Of a DNA stretch of 64,000 bases, positions 1 through 10,314 are shown one piece after another. The notes below the pieces were generated by a model. It had not been told where the DNA came from. It did no database searches and saw only the letters and a program-made list of their open reading frames with translations. Origin of the DNA: a virus. Both the position numbers and the translations under genes were made by a program. Where the stretch lies: IMG/VR virus record IMGVR_UViG_3300045988_165521. The stretch is one strand, 5' to 3'. The stretch's first letter is position 1, and each line of letters opens with the position of its first letter.

Positions 1-644
1 AACACAAAATAACTAAGAACAACTGCTATAATCAAAATTTCTTTAGTAAAATTGATTCTCATGATAAAGCATACTTTTTAGGATTTTTAATGGCAGATGG
101 GTATATTTGTACAACTCCTTACAATAAACAAATAGGAATTGGGATTCAGACAAAAGATAAATATATATTAGAATACTATAAAAATTTAATAGGTAAAAAA
201 TTAAATATAAAACAATATAAAAATTCTAGTAAACTAACTATTACTAGTACTATAATGTATAGTGATCTAACTAAATTAGGATTTATAGAAAATAAATCTC
301 ATAATGACTATCATTTTCCAGATATTCCTGATGAATTTAAATCATCTTTCATTTGTGGATATTTTGATGGAGATGGGTGTATAACTATAAAATCTACAGG
401 ATTTAGTGTATGTTCAATATGTTGTAATTCTAAAATATTCTTAGAAGATTTAAAATCTATATTGGCAAAATATAACATACTATGTAGACCTATCTGTAAA
501 GAAATAAAAAATAGAAAAAATTCAATATATGTTTTATATTTATCAGGAAGATCCAACCAATTAAAATTTAAGGATTTTATATATAAGAGCGTTAATGTTT
601 ATCTTGTACGTAAATATGATAAATTTATGAAAATACCGTGCTAA
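1..644 (+). CDS. LAGLIDADG homing endonuclease, intron-encoded, 5'-partial (frame open to the window edge)
   Basis: Two LAGLIDADG motifs are present: AYFLGFLMADGYI (about 69-107) and FICGYFDGDGCI. The frame of track ORF 90..644 stays open upstream to nt 3 (HKITKNNCYNQNFFSKIDSHDKAYFLGFL...). The stop is TAA. Confidence 0.85.
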   Translation, partial: HKITKNNCYNQNFFSKIDSHDKAYFLGFLMADGYICTTPYNKQIGIGIQTKDKYILEYYKNLIGKKLNIKQYKNSSKLTITSTIMYSDLTKLGFIENKSHNDYHFPDIPDEFKSSFICGYFDGDGCITIKSTGFSVCSICCNSKIFLEDLKSILAKYNILCRPICKEIKNRKNSIYVLYLSGRSNQLKFKDFIYKSVNVYLVRKYDKFMKIPC

Positions 645-810
645 CTGTTGTAATAATATATAATGGTAGTGTAACGCGTAGGAAGTGAACCTGTTATACA
701 GAATATAATCTTCCCAAGAGTGTCCATTATCCTTATGGGATAAAAATGTACGCTGAACTATAAGGAAACTTATAGAAGTAGAGATAAAAAGCTCTACGAT
801 AACAAAATTG
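1..810 (+). mobile_element. Group I intron, 3' portion (the 5' splice site lies upstream of the window), inserted in the Walker A codons of an AAA_24-type ATPase gene
   Basis: It carries a LAGLIDADG ORF. The 3' tail 748-810 (gtacgctgaacta...gctctacgataacaaaattg) aligns with the tails of the introns ending at 5643, 20742 and 24148. The P7 halves gcgta (676-680) and tacgc (749-753) covary with gacta/tagtc in the other copies. The intron ends in G (810), directly before the in-frame exon KSTACANLPG. Confidence 0.7.
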
Positions 811-1479
811 AAAAGCACAGCTTGTGCTAATCTTCCTGGAGCATTATGTATCGACCTTGAAGGGGGTGGATATGATTATATTGATGCTGTAAAGGTAAAA
901 GCATCTTCTGTTAAAGATTTAAAAGAAATTTGTGCTGCAATTAAGGAAGCTAAATATCCTTATAAGTTTATTGTATTGGATACAATTACTAGACTTGAAG
1001 AAATGGTTAAACCATTAGCTTTAAAGTTATATTTAAATAGTCCTGCAGGACAAAAGTTTACAGGAGATGACGTACTTGATGCACCAATGGGAGCAGGATA
1101 TAGCGCTCTTCGTAAGGCATTAGAGATGGTTATTGATATGGTATCTAAATGTGCACCTAATATTATTCTTATTTGTCATACAAAGGATTCAGCAATCGGT
1201 AATACTGATATGACTGCAAAGACTATTGACTTATTTGGAAAAGCAGGTAGAATTCTTGCTTCAAAGTCAGATGCTATTGGTTATTTAGATAGAGATGAAG
1301 ATTCAAATACTATTCTAAGTTTTAATACAAATGATAAATTTGTAGAATGTGGTGCTAGACCAGAACATTTACGAAATGCAGATGTAGTATTAGGAGAAAT
1401 GAAGGAAGATGGAAATATTGAATTTCATTGGGAAAGAATTTATCCTTCACTTTTAAATCCTGTAGAAGTTAATATATAA
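811..1479 (+). CDS. AAA_24 / Sak4-like recombination ATPase, exon 2 (exon 1 lies upstream of the window)
   Basis: It starts KSTACANLPGALCIDLEGGGYDY, which is the tail of a GxxGxGK|ST P-loop followed by the family-typical 'IDxEGG'. A Walker B-like FIVLDTIT and ILICHTKD are present. The track ORF's TTG 'start' at 808 is the intron end. Confidence 0.7.
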   Translation, partial: KSTACANLPGALCIDLEGGGYDYIDAVKVKASSVKDLKEICAAIKEAKYPYKFIVLDTITRLEEMVKPLALKLYLNSPAGQKFTGDDVLDAPMGAGYSALRKALEMVIDMVSKCAPNIILICHTKDSAIGNTDMTAKTIDLFGKAGRILASKSDAIGYLDRDEDSNTILSFNTNDKFVECGARPEHLRNADVVLGEMKEDGNIEFHWERIYPSLLNPVEVNI

Positions 1480-1489
1480 TCTAAGGATT

Positions 1490-1945
1490 ATGCTAAAGGT
1501 ATCTTTTGAATTTGACGAAGAATCGAAGGCTGTTACAAATGTTAAAGTTGTTAAAGTGCCTTCAAAATATGATAATATAGATTTACCAATTGTAGAGATA
1601 GGAGATAGTAAGTTAATTATGTCTCCTAAAGCCGTTAGTTTATTATCTGCACAATGCGGAGATCGGATAGCAGTTAATTATATCCAAAAAAGTAACGAGC
1701 TTACAATCCCAGTTATCGGTAAAGCTGAAGTATTTTCAGATCCTGAAAATGGGAACAAATTAACAAAAAGTAATACAGTCTCTTTTAAAGGGACTCAAAA
1801 AACAATTTTATCTAAATATGGTCAACTCTTTAAAATAGAGGAATGTAGACCTGGTATGTTTAAAATGATTAAGATTGATGAATCAGATCTTTCTAAAGCT
1901 GATACCGATTTAGATACAGAAAATTCAGATTTATTAAAAATTTAA
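1490..1945 (+). CDS. hypothetical protein (151 aa)
   Basis: ATG to TAA, tightly packed with its neighbours. No motif recognised. Confidence 0.55.
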   Translation: MLKVSFEFDEESKAVTNVKVVKVPSKYDNIDLPIVEIGDSKLIMSPKAVSLLSAQCGDRIAVNYIQKSNELTIPVIGKAEVFSDPENGNKLTKSNTVSFKGTQKTILSKYGQLFKIEECRPGMFKMIKIDESDLSKADTDLDTENSDLLKI

Positions 1946-1957
1946 AATTATAAGAAT

Positions 1958-2623
1958 ATGTCAATGTTTGATTTTAGTGTAGCAAAGAATGCAAATCAAG
2001 TAACTTCTACTTTCCTTCGTGGAGGAATCCATAATGTAACCTATAAAGGTATTGAATGAGTAGCTAGTCAGAGTGAAGGTAATTCTGATGCTTTTGTTTT
2101 GTTATTTGAAACAAAGGACGGTATCCAGCATCGAGAAACTATTTTTGATCCAAGTAATATAAGTAATTGTACTCAGAGAGCTACAACTCAGTATGGAGAA
2201 AATCCATCTGAAATGGAAAACTTTATGGTTAAGATTACTCAAATCATTAATGCTCTTAATCCTGAATTAGGTGCAAAAATTGCTGCAGGAGAAAAGATTG
2301 AAGTAAGTAGCTTTAAGGCTCTTGCTAAATATTTAAAGGAAAACTTAGCAAGTTCTGTTGGTAAGGAAACTCAAATCAAGTTAATTCCTTATAAAGGTTT
2401 TGCTAATATGCCTAAGTATGTTGCATCAGTAGGTAAAGATGGAGTAGTTCGTAGTAAAACAAAAGTTATTGGTGAAGATTTAACTTTAACTGCTAGAGAA
2501 AAGACTGATATTGAGAATGCTAACTCTGCACAACCTACTAACATGAAAGAACGGGATAAGGATTTAGACGATCTTAAGGAAACGTTTAATGTAAAAGGCT
2601 CAGAAGACGACTTGCCATTCTAA
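1958..2623 (+). CDS. putative ssDNA-binding protein with an acidic C-terminal tip
   Basis: ATG at 1958 is in frame with track ORF 2099..2623 through one TGA (GIE[TGA]VASQ). The C terminus GSEDDLPF resembles the SSB acidic tail (D-D-[IL]-P-F). The gene sits between the recombination ATPase and the primase. Confidence 0.5.
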
Positions 2624-2645
2624 AAAATAATATAGTTAAATTTTA

Positions 2646-3674
2646 ATGGTCTTTACATTAGAACCGATAAATATCACTAAAGAACTTATTTTAAGTAAAG
2701 TTAGTGAAGAAACTTTAATGGAGCATTACTTGGGCATTCCTGTAAAAAAAGGATTGTTCAAGTCTCCATTAAGGCAAGATAGTAAACCTACCTGCGCATT
2801 TTATAGGAATAGGAAAGGAGATTTAATATTTAAAGATTTTCGTGGAGACTTTTATGGAAATTTTATTTCGGTTGTAATGTATAAATTCGATTGTCCTTAT
2901 GGCAAGGCTTTACAAATAATTGCTAATGACTTTGGAATAGTTTCCCGCAAAAATTTAACTATAAATAAACCTCTTATTAAATATACAAATCAAAAGTTTA
3001 ATGATACTACTCAAGCTGTTATTCAAATTGAAGATAAGTCTTGAGAAGATTATGAACTTGAATGGTGATCTAAATATGGTATAGATAAAACTATACTAAA
3101 AAAGTTTCATGTATTTTCATGTAAAAATGTATTTTTAAATGGAAGTATATTTAGTTTACATAAAGATCGGCAATTAGTATTTGGATATTATGGAGGTATT
3201 CGAGAAGATATAGAACGTTGACGTATATATTTTCCTGGAAATATAAAGTATAAGTTTATTTCAAATTGAAAGTCATTTAGATTACAAGGTGCTCATGCAC
3301 TTCCAAAAAATGGAGGAGAATATTTAGTTGTAACGAAATCTTTAAAGGATGTTATGACTCTTTATTCATGTGATAAAATTCCTGCAATAGCTCCAATTTC
3401 TGAAAATTGTTTTTTAACTGAAGCTCAATATACAAAGTTAAAGTCTAAATTCAACAAGATAATTTTATTCTATGATAATGACCTTGCTGGAATTGAAAAC
3501 ATGAATAAAATTCGTAAGAAATTTCCTGACGTACATGTATTATTTATACCTAGACATTATAAAGCTAAGGATATATCAGATTTTTATAAAATGTATGGAA
3601 GGACTAAAACTTTAGAATTAATTGAAAAAGCAAAAAACTACATCTCAGAAAAAGAAAACAGGAGCATACTGTAG
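2646..3674 (+). CDS. DNA primase (TOPRIM type)
   Basis: Track ORFs 2646..3044 and 3354..3674 are in the same frame and are joined through four TGA codons (3042, 3066, 3219, 3267). The bridging sequence reads as protein: EDYELEW[W]SKYGIDKTILKKF...ERWRIYFPGN...SNWKSFRLQG. A TOPRIM-like LVVTKSLKD...ILFYDNDLAGIE is present. The stop is TAG. Confidence 0.75.
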
Positions 3675-4017
3675 AAATAAAGGACATAGATATGAGACAA
3701 AAATTGCTCAGGAACTTAGAAATCTTGGATTTACAGATGTAGTTACATCAAGATCTGAGTCTAAGAGTATGGATGACAAAAAAGTGGATTTAGTTGATCG
3801 CAGTGGTAAGTTACCATGTTATATACAATTGAAAAATACTGTTAATACACCTCAATATCATGCTATTAAAAAAGAATGTCCTTTAAAAGATAAACCTTTT
3901 ATTGTAATTTGAAATAAACAAGTTAAGAAAGAAAAAGTATTTGGTTCTGCAGGAGAAGTAGTAATCATGGATAAAGACTTTTTCTATGAACTCTTATCAA
4001 AATTAATTAATGGATAG
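3622..4017 (+). CDS. Hjc/PD-(D/E)XK-like nuclease, putative Holliday junction resolvase
   Basis: The pattern KGHRYETKIAQELRNLGF...VDLVD...CYIQLKNT fits an E...D...(E/Q)xK nuclease core. One in-frame TGA lies at 3910. The start is uncertain (TTG at 3622 overlaps the primase end). The stop is TAG at 4015-4017. Confidence 0.45.
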
Positions 4018-4216
4018 TTGTAGAGTAGTGTTCACCTCTGCTTCTGGACAAAAAATCATTATTGTATTTACATATGATGAAGAGAAGGATGAATTAAATT
4101 ACGTCCCTCGATTTGAACCTCAAGTTGATGCAAAAACTCAATTAGGTTTGTCTGGAAAGTTATGTGAAATATTTTTAGAAGCATTATCTAGCAAAGATGG
4201 AACAACAAAAGATTAG
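4010..4216 (+). CDS. hypothetical protein (68 aa)
   Basis: ATG to TAG ORF overlapping both neighbours by a few nt. No motif recognised. Confidence 0.4.
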   Translation: MDSCRVVFTSASGQKIIIVFTYDEEKDELNYVPRFEPQVDAKTQLGLSGKLCEIFLEALSSKDGTTKD

Positions 4217-4838
4217 ATACGATTTGACTCCACAATATGGAATTGAGGAGGTCAACAAAATTCTTACAAGTAAATTAAGTAAGTACCAAGAAAACGAATG
4301 GAAAAGAGGTATGAAGTGGACGGATGTTCTCTCATCTCTTAAAAAACACTTGAATCAGTTCGAACGAGGTATTGATTATACAAACGAGGGACTTTTAGAA
4401 ATGGCTGAAGTAGCTACTAATGCATTGATATTATGTGAATTTTATCATATATATCCTCAAGGAGATGATAGAGTTATGGCCCCTATCGATAAGCCTATTG
4501 TTGGATTAGATCTCGATAATGTAGTATTTGATTTCAATAAAGCTTATGAAGACAAGTTTGGTGTTGCTATGAATCCTTACTGGAATGCAAACTATCAGAT
4601 GTCTGAACATCTACATGAATTAGAATCAGATAAAGAGTTTTGGATTAATATTCCTGTATTACATAGACCCTCTTTTGAAGTAGACTATTATGTAACTGCA
4701 AGAAATATTCCAACTGAATGGATTCAGGAAAGTTTACAGAAGAATGGTTTACCATGTGCTCCTGTAATTACAGTACCTTGGAATGCTAGTAAAGTTGAGG
4801 CAATTAAAAGTAGGGGAATTACGATTATGATTGACGAT
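4197..4838 (+). CDS. dNTP pyrophosphohydrolase-like N-domain fused to a 5'(3')-deoxyribonucleotidase (HAD/NT5C-like), exon 1
   Basis: The N-terminal half IRYDLTP...KYQENEWKRG...LLEMAEVATNALILCEF resembles the phage dATP/dGTP diphosphohydrolase N-domain. The second half has HAD motif I (VGLDLDNVVFDF). The exon ends ...ITIMIDD, with the last nt T at 4838 immediately before the intron. Confidence 0.6.
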
Positions 4839-5643
4839 TAAAAATATTACTTCAACTAATCCAGTCGTCATTAAATCGCATGAATTGCTGGAAACTCCAG
4901 AGATGGACAATCAGCAGCCAAGCACACCTTTAACAAAGTGTGAAGGTTCAACGACTAACTAATGAAACTATGTTAACATTAATTTTAATAATACTATTTA
5001 GTTGTAGAATATATTATAATCCTAGTCCATTGTTTGAAGAGTATAAAAATTATAGAAATCAAAAACATGAATTAGAATTAGTACAATGTGCTAATACAGA
5101 TAAGAAAATTAAGCAGCTATTATCTATATACTTAGATAAGTACCAGGGAAATCGAATATGGATAATACAGTATCATAGAGGGATCAATGACTACATGTGT
5201 GGTTCTATGAGATTTGAACTTTATGATAAACAAACTAAACCTATTAAATATCAGTATACTGATTTTAACCTAAGTTGGTATACTCTACCCGATTATTTAA
5301 GAATCCATGATAGTTTTATAGGAAAACTTGAAGAGGTTGATCCTGTTTTATCTATAAGTAATAGTGCAAAATATATTATTTGTAAATTAATAAGAGATTA
5401 CAATAATGTTTCTATTGGTATATTTGGTATATCTTATTTAGATAAGCTTCCTAACAAATTGTTAGAAACAGATCTGCAACAAGATTATATTGAATTACAA
5501 AAATTAATGTTAGAATAGAATATAATTTAGACACGAGCGTGCGACATCTAGAAATAGATGATGATATAGTCTGAACTACAGATATAATCTAAAAATGAAA
5601 CTGTAGAATTAACAGATAAAGAACTGTTAAGTTAACATAATTG
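4839..5643 (+). mobile_element. Group I intron (805 nt) in the deoxynucleotidase gene
   Basis: P1 pairs exon tgacgaT (4832-4838) with intron Gtcgtca (4864-4870), giving U.G at the splice site. Core blocks are gaattgctgg 4882-4891, caatcagcagcc 4908-4919, ggttcaacgacta 4945-4957 and gatatagtctgaacta 5563-5578. It ends ...cataattG (5643). Confidence 0.8.
4970..5518 (+). CDS. intron-encoded ORF of unknown function (182 aa from ATG 4970); no homing-endonuclease motif recognised
   Basis: It lies between the P7 5' strand and the P7 3' strand (the P8 loop region). The hydrophobic N terminus MLTLILIILFSC suggests a signal peptide or membrane anchor. No LAGLIDADG, GIY-YIG, HNH or His-Cys signature is present. 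The track start GTG 4940 overlaps the intron core, so ATG 4970 is more likely. Confidence 0.5.
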   Translation: MLTLILIILFSCRIYYNPSPLFEEYKNYRNQKHELELVQCANTDKKIKQLLSIYLDKYQGNRIWIIQYHRGINDYMCGSMRFELYDKQTKPIKYQYTDFNLSWYTLPDYLRIHDSFIGKLEEVDPVLSISNSAKYIICKLIRDYNNVSIGIFGISYLDKLPNKLLETDLQQDYIELQKLMLE

Positions 5644-5769
5644 AAATATGATAATTATAAAGAAATTACTAATGCGGGAATATTCTGTTATTTAATGGAT
5701 GCTCCTCATAATCAGTATTATCAAGTAGGACATCGTAGAATTTATGATCTTAAAATACCTATTAAGTAA
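5644..5769 (+). CDS. 5'(3')-deoxyribonucleotidase, exon 2 (41 aa)
   Basis: It reads KYDNYKEITNAGIFCYLMDAPHNQYYQVGHRRIYDLKIPIK. Joined to ...IMIDD this gives the NT5C-type IDD...(x)n...L.DAPHN C-terminal region. TAA at 5767-5769 overlaps the next ATG. Confidence 0.6.
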   Translation, partial: KYDNYKEITNAGIFCYLMDAPHNQYYQVGHRRIYDLKIPIK

Positions 5770-6062
5770 TGAACTTAAAGGATAAATTAGAACTGGCCTT
5801 ACATGAAGCCTATATAAAAGCCTATAAATTAGCTGAACCTTCTGCAGACTTTGATATTTTAGTTGAAAATGCAGAAATTATGTCAGATGGCAAGAAGAAC
5901 ATTCATTTTGAAAACTACTTTTTAGATGATGATATTGCAGAAAATATCTTAAATGAAGTAGCTAAGAAATATAAGTTATCTAAATACATGAAAAGCCAGC
6001 TTCATATAGCTTATTATTTAGGTTGTAGTCCAGCGACAAAACGCAAGGAAAATGACAATTAA
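5769..6062 (+). CDS. hypothetical protein (97 aa)
   Basis: ATG to TAA, translationally coupled to its neighbours. Confidence 0.5.
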   Translation: MNLKDKLELALHEAYIKAYKLAEPSADFDILVENAEIMSDGKKNIHFENYFLDDDIAENILNEVAKKYKLSKYMKSQLHIAYYLGCSPATKRKENDN

Positions 6063-7071
6063 CTTAAATGATATAAAACTTAGTCCAGTCTTAGAAAGTG
6101 TATATAGAAGTAAAATAAGTGATGCAGAATATTTCTCAAGCTCTTATTCTAATTATATATCAAATTCTAGATTAAAGTATATAAATCCCGATCAGGGTGG
6201 TAGTCCAAGTTTATATAATAAAGGTATAGAAAATAAATCAACTAATTCTTTAGAATTAGGAACAGCTATACATGAATTATTTTTACAACCAGAGTCTTTT
6301 AAATTAGGTGATTCATATAATAAGCCTACAGCAAAATTAGGTATGGTAATAGATAGTATTATTAAATATAGAAAACAAGGTTATACTATTAGAGAATCTA
6401 TTACTAAAAGCTGTATTGATATAGATTATTATAAAAATAATTTAAATGAGAGTAGAATCCAAAATATAATAAAATCTGGATTAAATTATTATCAAAACTG
6501 CAAAGATTTAATAGAAGGCGATTTAGTAATTTTAAATGATAAACATCGTACAATTTGCAGTAATTGTTTAGAATCGTTATCTAACAATCCTTCAATAGTA
6601 AACTTAGTAAGACCTGAAGGTCTTGAAGCTTATAATGAAGATGCTTTGTTCATAGATATTATTGGCGAATATAATAATAGTAAATGTATATTAAAATTAA
6701 AAATGAAAGCTGATAATTGGACGATTGATAAAGATAATAAAATAATTACTCTTAATGATTTAAAGACTACGGGTCATTTACTTGAACAATTTATGAATGG
6801 AAGTTTTTGGAATTTTCATTATCATAGACAGATGGGAATGTACCTATGGATGTTACTTCAATTCTGTAAAAAAGAATATGGATACACTCCTAAAGACTGG
6901 ACTTTTCAAGCTAATATTATTGCCGTTGAAACTACAGGCTCTAACAGAGCTAGTGTTTTTAATATTGATTCAGATATACTTAATATAGGTAGATTAGAAT
7001 TTTGTAGACTTCTAAAAATGGTTGCATATTGTGAAATCAATGGTTATTCTGATGATGTTACATTTATTTAA
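6052..7071 (+). CDS. PD-(D/E)XK family exonuclease (DUF3799-like)
   Basis: GTAIHELFL is present, followed by ...KADNWTID...ITLNDLKTTG (D...D/ExK), followed by HYHRQMGMYLW. Confidence 0.6.
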   Translation: MTINLNDIKLSPVLESVYRSKISDAEYFSSSYSNYISNSRLKYINPDQGGSPSLYNKGIENKSTNSLELGTAIHELFLQPESFKLGDSYNKPTAKLGMVIDSIIKYRKQGYTIRESITKSCIDIDYYKNNLNESRIQNIIKSGLNYYQNCKDLIEGDLVILNDKHRTICSNCLESLSNNPSIVNLVRPEGLEAYNEDALFIDIIGEYNNSKCILKLKMKADNWTIDKDNKIITLNDLKTTGHLLEQFMNGSFWNFHYHRQMGMYLWMLLQFCKKEYGYTPKDWTFQANIIAVETTGSNRASVFNIDSDILNIGRLEFCRLLKMVAYCEINGYSDDVTFI

Positions 7072-7073
7072 AT

Positions 7074-7625
7074 ATGCGCAAATTAGAAATTCAGGCTTAT
7101 ACCTTAGATGAAGCTAAAATTAATGCTTTTAAACAAGGTATAACTGTAGTACAAGATGCTACCAGAAGCTGAAAAAAATCTGGATCTCCAGTTCTAACTA
7201 AAGATATGAATATATTTGCTGCAGATTTTCTTGAACAAAAAGGAATGTTTGATTTTGAAGGTGCTGGTATTATTATTGCTATAAAATCTGGCACTAAAGA
7301 TACTCGTAAGAAACCTTATAAAGTTATTAGTTCAAGACGTAAAGGACGTTGTAAGCTTTATCGAACTATTGAAATTCGTTTAAAACGTAATCATGAAGTG
7401 ATTGGAGAAGCAGTAAACAAAACTGAAGCGTTAAATCTAGCTAAAAGTTTAATTCGTAACTTTCGTGAAAATGTGTATGCAAAAACTGTATACAATACTA
7501 AAGATATTGATTTTGAACTTGAATATATGCCTTCTACTAAGGCAGAAAAAGGGCAATATATTGTCTTTGGAGTAGAACAATCTGATGTAAAACTCAGTAA
7601 AAGAAAGAATAGAGGGGCAGAGTAA
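7074..7625 (+). CDS. hypothetical protein (183 aa)
   Basis: ATG at 7074 is in frame with track ORF 7206..7625 through one TGA (ATRS[TGA]KKSG). A hairpin terminator follows. Confidence 0.5.
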
Positions 7626-7640
7626 TCTGCCTCTTTTATT
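7611..7640 (+). terminator. intrinsic terminator-like hairpin
   Basis: The sequence is agaggggcaga-gtaa-tctgcctct followed by tttatt. It overlaps the stop of the upstream ORF. Confidence 0.5.
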
Positions 7641-7666
7641 CTCTTTATATATAAAATTATATATAA

Positions 7667-9910
7667 ATGACTATAGAAGAATGGTTAAATAAAGACGAAC
7701 TTGCAATAACAATTTGAAATAATAAATATAGATTTGAAAATGAATCATTAGACGCGTGGTTTAAACGAGTAAGTAATAATAATCCTGAAGTCGAAAAACT
7801 AATCAGAGAAAAGAAATTTATTTTTGGAGGACGAATTTTAGCAAATAGAGGTTTGAATTCTAAAAATAAAAAAATTACTTATTCAAATTGCTATGTAATT
7901 GCTCCTCCACAAGATAATCTTGAATCTATTTTTGAATGTGGATCTAAGCTAGCTCGTACTTTTAGTTATGGAGGTGGATGTGGAATTGATATTTCAAATC
8001 TCCGTCCAACAGGATCTAAAGTAAACAATGCAGCAAAAACAACATCTGGTGCAGTTAGCTTTATGGATTTTTATTCATATATTACTGGATTGATTGGACA
8101 ATCTGGAAGACGTGGGGCATTAATGATCTCAATATCTTGTGATCATCCAGATCTTGAAGAATTTATTGAACTTAAGTCAAATTTAGATAAAGTTACAAAA
8201 GCTAATATTTCTGTTAGAGTTAGTGATAACTTTATGAAATCTGTTATTAATGCAGAAACTTTGATTCTTAAGTTTATTACAGATACAGGAGAAGTTATAA
8301 CTAAAGAAGTTGAAGCTTATCCTATTTTTAGAAAATTAGCAGAGATGAATTGAGATTATGCAGAGCCTGGAATTTTATTCTGGGATGCTATTAAAAATTG
8401 AAATCTTCTCTCAAATAACCCTGATTTTTCTTTTGCTGGAGTAAATCCATGTGCAGAAGAACCACTTCCTGCAGGCGGTAGTTGTTTATTAGGAAGTATA
8501 AATCTTGCAGAATTTGTTACAGAATGTGAAACATTTGACTTTGTAGGATTTAAAGATACTGTTAAAAAAGCAGTAGTTGCATTAAATGAAGTACTTGATG
8601 AAGGTCTTCCATTACATCCTCTTATTGAGCAAAGAGAATCTGTTAAAAATTGGAGACAGATTGGACTAGGAGTAATGGGATTAGCAGATATGTTTATAAA
8701 ACTAGGTATTAAGTATGGCAGTGAAGAATCTATTAAATGGATTAATATGATTGGAACTGAAATGATCTTTTCAGCTTTGGAAAGTTCTAATGAACTAACA
8801 ATAAGTAAAGGAGCATATCCAATGTTTAATACAAAAGTTGTAGATACACCTTTCTTTCAAGCGCTTAATACTAAGGAAAATAATCTTCGATATCAGGAAT
8901 TAAGAAGTAATGTTCTTTTAAGAGGATTATGTAATTCTCAGTTATTAACTTGTGCTCCTACAGGTAGTATTGCTACTATGTTAGGAATTTCAACAGGTTG
9001 TGAACCTATTTTTGCAACTTCTTATACAAGAAAAACAGAATCTTTAGTTGATAAAGAGAAACTTTATAAAGTATATACTCCAATTATCCAGAATAATTTC
9101 ATTTCAAAAGGAGTTCCTGAAAATCAACTTCCAGAATATGTAGTAACTTCAGAGAACATTCCTTATACAGAGAGAATTCAAGTTCAAGCTGCTTTACAAA
9201 GATATATAGATGCTTCAATTTCCTCAACAATAAACTTACCTGAATCTGCTACAATAGATGATGTTGAAAGAATTTATAGACTTGCATGAGAGTATCATTT
9301 AAAAGGCGTAACTGTTTATAGAGCAGGTTGTAAAAGAGGAGCTATTTTATCTAAGAAACCTATGGGAAGTAAAGAATTAATGAAGCGTCCAGAATCAATT
9401 GATGCTAAATTAATTAGATTTAAAAATGGAACTGAAAACTGGATTGCATTTGTAGGTTTAGTTGATGATAGACCTTATGAAGTATTTACAGGAATTAATA
9501 ATATTGAGGATTTTCCAATTCCCTCAACTATTACCGAAGGTAAAATTATTAAGGTAAAAGATGAATTTGGTAAACGATATGATTTTCAATATGTCGATAA
9601 GTATGGATATACAAATCGATTAGGAGGATTGTCTCGCATCTTTAATCAAGAATACTGGAATTATGCTAAATTAATATCTGCTCTATTAAGAGGAGGAATT
9701 GAATTAGATAAAGTAGTCAAGATTATTGATGGTATGCATTTTGAATCTGATACTTTAAATACCTGGAAGAATGGAGTAAAAAGAGCAATAAAAACATTTA
9801 TTGTTAATGGAACAGAATCTCACGAACTTTGCCCAGATTGTGGTGACCATTTAATATATGAAGGTGGTTGTACTATATGTAAGAGTTGTGGATTTAGTCG
9901 TTGTGTATAA
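7667..9910 (+). CDS. nrdJ: class II (adenosylcobalamin-type) ribonucleotide reductase
   Basis: Track ORFs 7853.., 8675.. and 9362.. share the frame of ATG 7667 and are joined by TGA at 7715, 8351, 8399 and 9287. Motifs are YSNCYV, SYGGGCGIDISNLRP, TSGAVSFM, NPCAEEPLPAGGSCLLGSINL, TVYRAGC, and a C-terminal CPDCG...CTICKSCG zinc ribbon. Confidence 0.85.
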
Positions 9911-9951
9911 TTGTAAATAATAAAATATTAATAGATTAAAATTTAAGAGAT

Positions 9952-10314
9952 ATGAAGACAGAAAGAATCGTTTCCGCTCACGGATTAGAAGGTTATCGTG
10001 TAACTGATAGTGGTAAACTTATTGGTAAGAGAAATTGTCAGTTAGTTGGATGCTTAAGTAATGGTTATACTCGATATACTGTTAGAGTAAATAAGAAAAC
10101 TAAGAGTATTAATGGAGCTCGTGTAGTTTGGGAAAGTTTTTATGGTCCGATTTCTAAAGGCTTTGAGATTGACCACATTAATGGAGATCGAAGTGATAAT
10201 CGTTTGTCTAATCTTAGAGTAGTAACTCATAAGGAAAATATGGCAAATCCTATTACTCGTGCTAGAATGGGTAAACCTCGTAAGCGTTATTCAGTAAAAT
10301 ATGAAAAAGTATAG
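9952..10314 (+). CDS. free-standing HNH homing endonuclease (120 aa)
   Basis: It contains EIDHINGDRSDNRLSNLRVVTHKENMAN. It is intergenic between nrdJ and dut, and its end overlaps the dut start. Confidence 0.8.
   Translation: MKTERIVSAHGLEGYRVTDSGKLIGKRNCQLVGCLSNGYTRYTVRVNKKTKSINGARVVWESFYGPISKGFEIDHINGDRSDNRLSNLRVVTHKENMANPITRARMGKPRKRYSVKYEKV

Noticed and set aside
4945-4957. GGTTCAACGACTA-type sequences resemble a tRNA T-arm and suggested tRNA genes. They also occur at 23994-24006, at 20477-20489, and on the minus strand at 35121-35133.
   Set aside because: They occur only inside the five intron copies and pair with a downstream TAGTC (P7). No acceptor or anticodon arms can be drawn around them. 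I found no tRNA gene in the window.
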